This document shows, one piece after another, positions 58,736 to 64,000 of a DNA stretch of 64,000 nt. Both the position numbers and the translations under genes were made by a program. The notes beneath the pieces were generated by a model that ran no database searches, had not been told where the DNA came from, and was given only the letters and a program-made list of their open reading frames with translations. Position 1 is the first letter of the stretch; each line of letters opens with the position of its first letter. Origin of the DNA: Macrostomum hystrix (taxonomy: Eukaryota; Animalia; Platyhelminthes); assembly GCA_950097015.1 (NCBI GenBank), contig CATNEN010000025.1, forward strand, positions 2,108,001 through 2,172,000, read 5' to 3'.

Positions 58736-58977
58736 TTTCGCTTTTCCTTTGGGTCATCTCTTAATCAGATAAAAATGATTGATAAAAATTTGTGCTACAT
58801 AAAGAAACAGTATTTTATCACGCACCTGTATGACGCATTTCACCTGTCGTCACTAGTCTACTGCCTGAAAAATTACCCGTTGATTTAGTCGCCATGATTC
58901 ATCAGGGACATTTCCCCCCTTCCTTCTCCACCGATGCTCGAGTCTGGTTTGTGGAGCTTACAAATCTAAATAATTTA

Positions 58978-58979
<2 letters not shown>

Positions 58980-59006
<27 letters not shown>
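58980..59006 (+). repeat. (CAG)9 microsatellite
   Basis: Directly visible. Confidence 0.9.
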
Positions 59007-59009
<3 letters not shown>

Positions 59010-59223
59010 CTTGAGTAGATTGACAACGCTCAACTAGCACAACTGGTCTGATTGAAATCCTGTGTTAAGCTGGGGGGTTCATAGCCATCCATCTGAATCC
59101 CCTCAACAAGCTCGCATTGCCCAGCTCCCTCCATCATAATGCATTACAGCTGACCTGACCTCACTGACATGGCCATCCCGTCTCTTTTCTTTTCTTTCGT
59201 CTTTCCTGTCCTCGCTTTCTTTA

Positions 59224-59487
<264 letters not shown>

Positions 59488-60042
59488 ACTTTGCACTAAG
59501 AGACCCGTCTGTCAGTTCTAGCAGGTAAATTGCTTCATCTCTACCGCCTTTTTTGGCACCAACTGTCAAGCCCCCATTGGCTGAGAGCTCGTTAACCAAC
59601 CAGAGCTCAGCTGAACATCTAGTAGTAAAACTGAGAATGCCAGTGAAATGTTACGCACGAATAATTCTTTTAGCAGCGAATGCTAGAGAACAGGGAAATT
59701 TTTTTTTGAACAGAAAAATAAAGAAGAGGTGATATTGGCAACTGAATAATTTCAAGACCAGACAGGCAGCAGCCATATACTGAATTCTTAGCAACTATGC
59801 CGAATATACTCGCAGAAGCGCCGTCGCTTGTTCCTCATTGTCAAAGAGTCCGACGCAGACGAATAAGTCTGAACTGCCTGCTGCTGCCGCTCCTGCTGCA
59901 TCTACTCCTGACTGTGCTCAACAGCCTCCGGCTAGCGGTGGTGGCCTCCGAGCTGGACGGTGGGTCAGCAGGACTGCAGAGCAGGATCTTCCTTGACAGA
60001 CAGTCTGAGTACAGGGGTGAGTTCCATCTAGGGATTGTCTTA

Positions 60043-60725
60043 GAGTGAATGCTGGATGGTCTGTGACTGAGTGAGAGTGAATGCTGGATTGTCTGTGACT
60101 GAGTGAGAGTGAATGCTGGATTGTCTGTGACTGAGTGAGAGTGAATGCTGGATTGTCTGTGACTGAGTGAGAGTGAATGCTGGATGGTCTGTGACTGAGT
60201 GAGAGTGAATGCTGGATTGTCTGTGACTGAGTGAGAGTGAATGCTGGATTGTCTGTGACTGAGTGAGAGTGAATTCTGGATTGTCTGTGACTGAGTGAGA
60301 GTGAATTCTGGATTGTCTGTGACTGAGTGAGAGTGAATGCTGGATTGTCTGTGACTGAGTGAGAGTGAATGCTGGATTGTCTGTGACTGAGTGAGAGTGA
60401 ATGCTGGATTGTCTGTGACTGAGTGAGAGTGAATTCTGGATTGTCTGTGACTGAGTGAGAGTGAATGCTGGATTGTCTGTGACTGAGTGAGAGTGAATGC
60501 TGGATTGTCTGTGACTGAGTGAGAGTGAATTCTGGATTGTCTGTGACTGAGTGAGAGTGAATGCTGGATTGTCTGTGACTGAGTGAGAGTGAATGCTGGA
60601 TTGTCTGTGACTGAGTGAGAGTGAATGCTGGATTGTCTGTGACTGAGTGAGAGTGAATTCTGGATTGTCTGTGACTGAGTGAGAGTGAATGCTGGATTGT
60701 CTGTGACTGAGTGAGAGTGAATCTG
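60043..60725 (+). repeat. 32-bp minisatellite (gagtgaatgctggattgtctgtgactgagtga), about 21 copies
   Basis: Directly visible. Confidence 0.95.
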
Positions 60726-61269
60726 AGTGATACCGCTTGTTCAGTCCATGGACAACCACCCAATTTCTTCATTGCGAACGGAAGAGGAGTTAAGTGTACA
60801 TGCACTCCCTAATATATATTAAATGAATAGTACAAGACAGCCTTCTTTAGAATACAAAAGCTAATTTATACGATTCATTATTTATTTTAGCCTGATAACC
60901 TTCCGTTAATGAAGTAGCTCGTAATTAATATAGCTATACTAGGCTTTCAGTCTAAGTTTAATTTCCATTGATTTATTTTCTAGAAACGAAAATCCCCAGT
61001 CCCATCTTTCTCCTTTCTCTCTTCTAGTAGGAGTGTATGGCAAAATGCAGCACAAGCTGAGGTGAAGGATGGAGTCTTATCTATTCTGACTTCTCTCTCA
61101 GACAGGCCACTAGGCGCATAACCTACCCAGCAACCGTTTACAGCCTCGGATCTTCACAATGCACCTGGCTATGGTTGCTATTGTGTAAACAATTCTGTCC
61201 AGTTTCACCTTTTAATTTAAGCTTCTGCCTATTTTGTTGCCCCTTCAGAAGCGGCAGTGGTCCTGTGAC

Positions 61270-62966
61270 CCCCCTGTGTATGTGGTGACATTTCCCATTG
61301 AAATGGGCGATTTGATGCGAGGAGGGACTGTTAAATATTTATGGAAGGCATCCTTTATGAAGGGCAGTGAAACGGGACAAAGATTATAGTGGCAGGTCAA
61401 GGATACATCATTAAGCAGTGGATGTGTTTCTATACTGGGCTAGTGCGGTATTCGACAATACGAGCTACTTCAGCTGGCAAATATGTGGAGTCTTTAGTTT
61501 CATTCTGTAAGTTCTTACTCTACGAGCTATAGCGCAGAGTTATAAAAGTGCTTTGATTTAACGGCTATGGAATGGCGAATGGATGGCGAAGGAATGGCGA
61601 GTGAACGGCGAATACTGGCAAAGTCAGGATTGAATGAAAATGAATGGCGGTTGAATTACGAGAGCAAACACGACTAAAAGGGATGACTCACTGTATGGTG
61701 GCAAACAGGTTGTTGGTTTGGCGAATAGAGGAATTGTGAGTAAGTAGGAAAAAAGCGGAGCTAAACGGGACGGCCAATGCGTTCTAGCATTATGGGATAC
61801 TCCAAAATGGATTGGGGGAAGGAACTGAAATTGAGGCCTGGCGACAATAGTATTGGACATTGTGCAAACCATTGACAGGCTTGCCATCTAGAACTATGAA
61901 AGATGTCGGTTGTATCTGTCTCTATGTTTTTGCTTTATTCTTTAGCATATTAGCTCGTGGTGAGTGTGCACAAACAAAACACAATTCAGTTTTTTAAAGT
62001 ACCTGTGGCTGGCGACAATGAGACTGGGATGGAAATATTATACATGCCTAACAGAGTCTGAAAAGTTGGAAAGAGTGAGGTTAAATGGCTTTTACGCTTG
62101 TACTAACTGGAGAGCAGTAGAGGGAGAGAAGTAGAATTGGAGGGAAAATTATGGATAAAGATAGGGTTGGATTAGTAGAGAGTTTGATGGGAAGAGACGA
62201 TTTCTAATAGGGTCAGAGGGTCAGGGAATGAGCAGGGGCAGGAATGACAGAAGGGGCAGGGAGTGAGGTGGGGGCCGGGAGTGAGGTGGCTGTCAGAAGG
62301 GGCAGGAAGTGAGGTGGGGGCCGGGAGTGGAGGTGGCTGTCAGAAGGGGCAGGAAGTGAGGTGGGTGACAGAAGTGGCTGTAAGAAAGGGAGTGAGATGG
62401 CTATGGCTGTAAGAAATAACAGGATTTAGGTGGCTGACGGTAGTGACGTTCAGTGAGAGAGACGGAAATAGAGAAGGAGAGGAAGAAAAATAGAAGCGAA
62501 GAAAAATAGTGACTGAGCGAAGAGAGAGAGAGAGCGAGTGAGAGATAAAGTGGGAATAAGGGAATAGAATGTGATAGGATTGGTATAGATAGAGGTAGGA
62601 ATCGGATAGATCGAGGTGGGATTGGTATAGATTGAGGAAGGACTGGGATGTATAGGGGTAGAGAAAGTGTAGGTGGGAGATGTTGATGAATGCATTGCAT
62701 TCAAGCAGTGGAGAAAACTGGAGTATAGATGCGTCAGAAAGCGATCAGTTTTTTATTGGCAGAAGCAAAGGCAGTCTTCTGTTTTCAATATTTTCAGCGA
62801 GCCAGCATTCTGGCTGGATTTGTGCATGGCTGCTCACTCCCTCGAAAACAGACATTAATTTCCCATTGTGACTCTGCTTTCGCTGTTGCTGCCTTGGTCC
62901 AAACCATCCACCCACCCCCCAGTCCATTGTTCTGGTCTGCCTCTTCCGCGGCAGAAGAAGCAGAAG
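61270..62966 (-). CDS. Possible exons of an unresolved minus-strand gene
   Basis: Splice-bounded open segments: 62838-62966; 62003-62057 (cttttcag|...|gtactt, TLLGMYNISIPVSLSPAT); an acceptor at 61887 (DGKPVNGLHNVQYYCRQ); and a ~56-codon open frame at about 61270-61435 (DVSLTCHYN...VPPRIKSPISMGNVTTYTGG, loosely Ig-linker-like). I could not build a fully phase-consistent model. Confidence 0.25.
62255..62390 (+). repeat. Degenerate ~28-bp repeat (gtgaggtggctgtcagaaggggcaggaa)
   Basis: Same unit family as 63705-64000. Confidence 0.7.
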
Positions 62967-63704
62967 CTAAAAATACTAATCTAGCTGAGCTATTGTCTCT
63001 GACATCTCTCTGATCTTCTATCTAATGTGATTCACTTTGTCTATTTCGCTTTCCATTTATGGCCTCAGTTGCACTTTTCAGATAATTTGCATTTTCAGAA
63101 TTCGAGTCCCATTTGCTCACAGGAATTTCCCGCGACAAATAAATCCCCGATCAGTACTCACTGGTTGTTTCTTTTAGCGGAAAGAATTCTTGCTGCCAGC
63201 TGTGAAAGATCTCATATTGAGCTCAATTTCAGCAGCCAGTTTTGCTTAGAAACAATAAAATCACCCATTTAGCTGAGTAGGGAGCGGAAATAGTAGAGAG
63301 CTTTTTGGCCAGCTGAACTCTGTCTGCTATTTTTATGCCCCGGCGGACAAACAAGCGCAGGAAGCTGAACCGACTCGCAAATGCTGCTCGTCTGGGTTAA
63401 TTAAGTGCTCCCCTATACTATAAAAATGCACACTTAGGCTACTGCTATAAATTTCCTTCTCATTGCTGTTGAGGCATTGATTGCTGCTCAGAGAATGTGC
63501 TAGTTTTATTGCCGTGTAAATTAGTGTCTCACACCTCATTTAGATATAGCACTTAACACCTTTTCACAAATTCAGATGTTGCTGAGTGGGCTGAAATGTC
63601 TACATGTCAGTTGTATTATTTAATATGGCTATGTTTGTCTTCAGACGCTTGGGTAGAAGCTGTATAATTTTACATTTGTTGAATTTTGAAATTAAAAGTA
63701 AGGG

Positions 63705-64000
63705 TCTAAGTGGCAGAGAGAAGGGTCCGGGAGTGAGGTGGCTGTTAGAAGGGTCTGGAAGTGAGGTGGCTGTTGGAAGGGTCTGGAAGTGAGGTGGCTG
63801 AGAGAAGGATCTGGAAGTGAGGTGGCTGAGAGAAGGGTCTGGGAGTGAGGTGGCTGTTAGAAGGGTCTGGAAGTGAGGTGGCTGTTAGAAGGGCAGGAAG
63901 TGAGGTGGCTGAGAGAAGGGTCTGGGAGTGAGGTGGCTGTTAGAAGGGCAGGAAGTGAGGTGGCTGAGAGAAGGGTCTAGGAGTGAGGTGGCTGAGAGAA
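63705..64000 (+). repeat. 28-bp minisatellite (gtgaggtggctgagagaagggtctggga), running off the window end
   Basis: gtgagg period of 28 bp (63789, 63817, ...). Confidence 0.93.

Overview
Eukaryotic (metazoan, GT-AG introns) genomic DNA. The Q-rich coding style and satellite-filled introns suggest an invertebrate such as a free-living flatworm, but this is inference only. Host genes I could reconstruct: the 3' end of a KY/hillarin-like gene (+, 3-557); a 6-exon ~687-aa coiled-coil gene (-, 2910-7247); a 3-exon 183-aa orphan gene (-, 14170-17568); a disrupted single-LOTUS-domain gene (+, 20087-20712); a large ankyrin + PUFD-like (BCOR-like) gene (+, at least 30467-35510); and a complete 6-exon casein kinase I gamma gene (+, 40859-50130). 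Mobile DNA: (1) a decayed, internally deleted non-LTR retrotransposon carrying a candidate 5' HDV-like ribozyme, a 2A-like peptide, PHD, APE and a C-terminal Zn-knuckle remnant. It is nested in a CAGTAG...CTACTG inverted-repeat element, which is itself nested in a host intron. (2) Two further copies of that inverted-repeat family, one of which has amplified a 50-bp internal module 23 times. (3) A non-autonomous Merlin (ISXO2-type) transposon. (4) tRNA-derived SINEs and small MITE-like hairpins. The right third of the window holds more than a dozen distinct tandem arrays. No CRISPR, rRNA or intact tRNA was found. All domain calls are by eye, with no database search.
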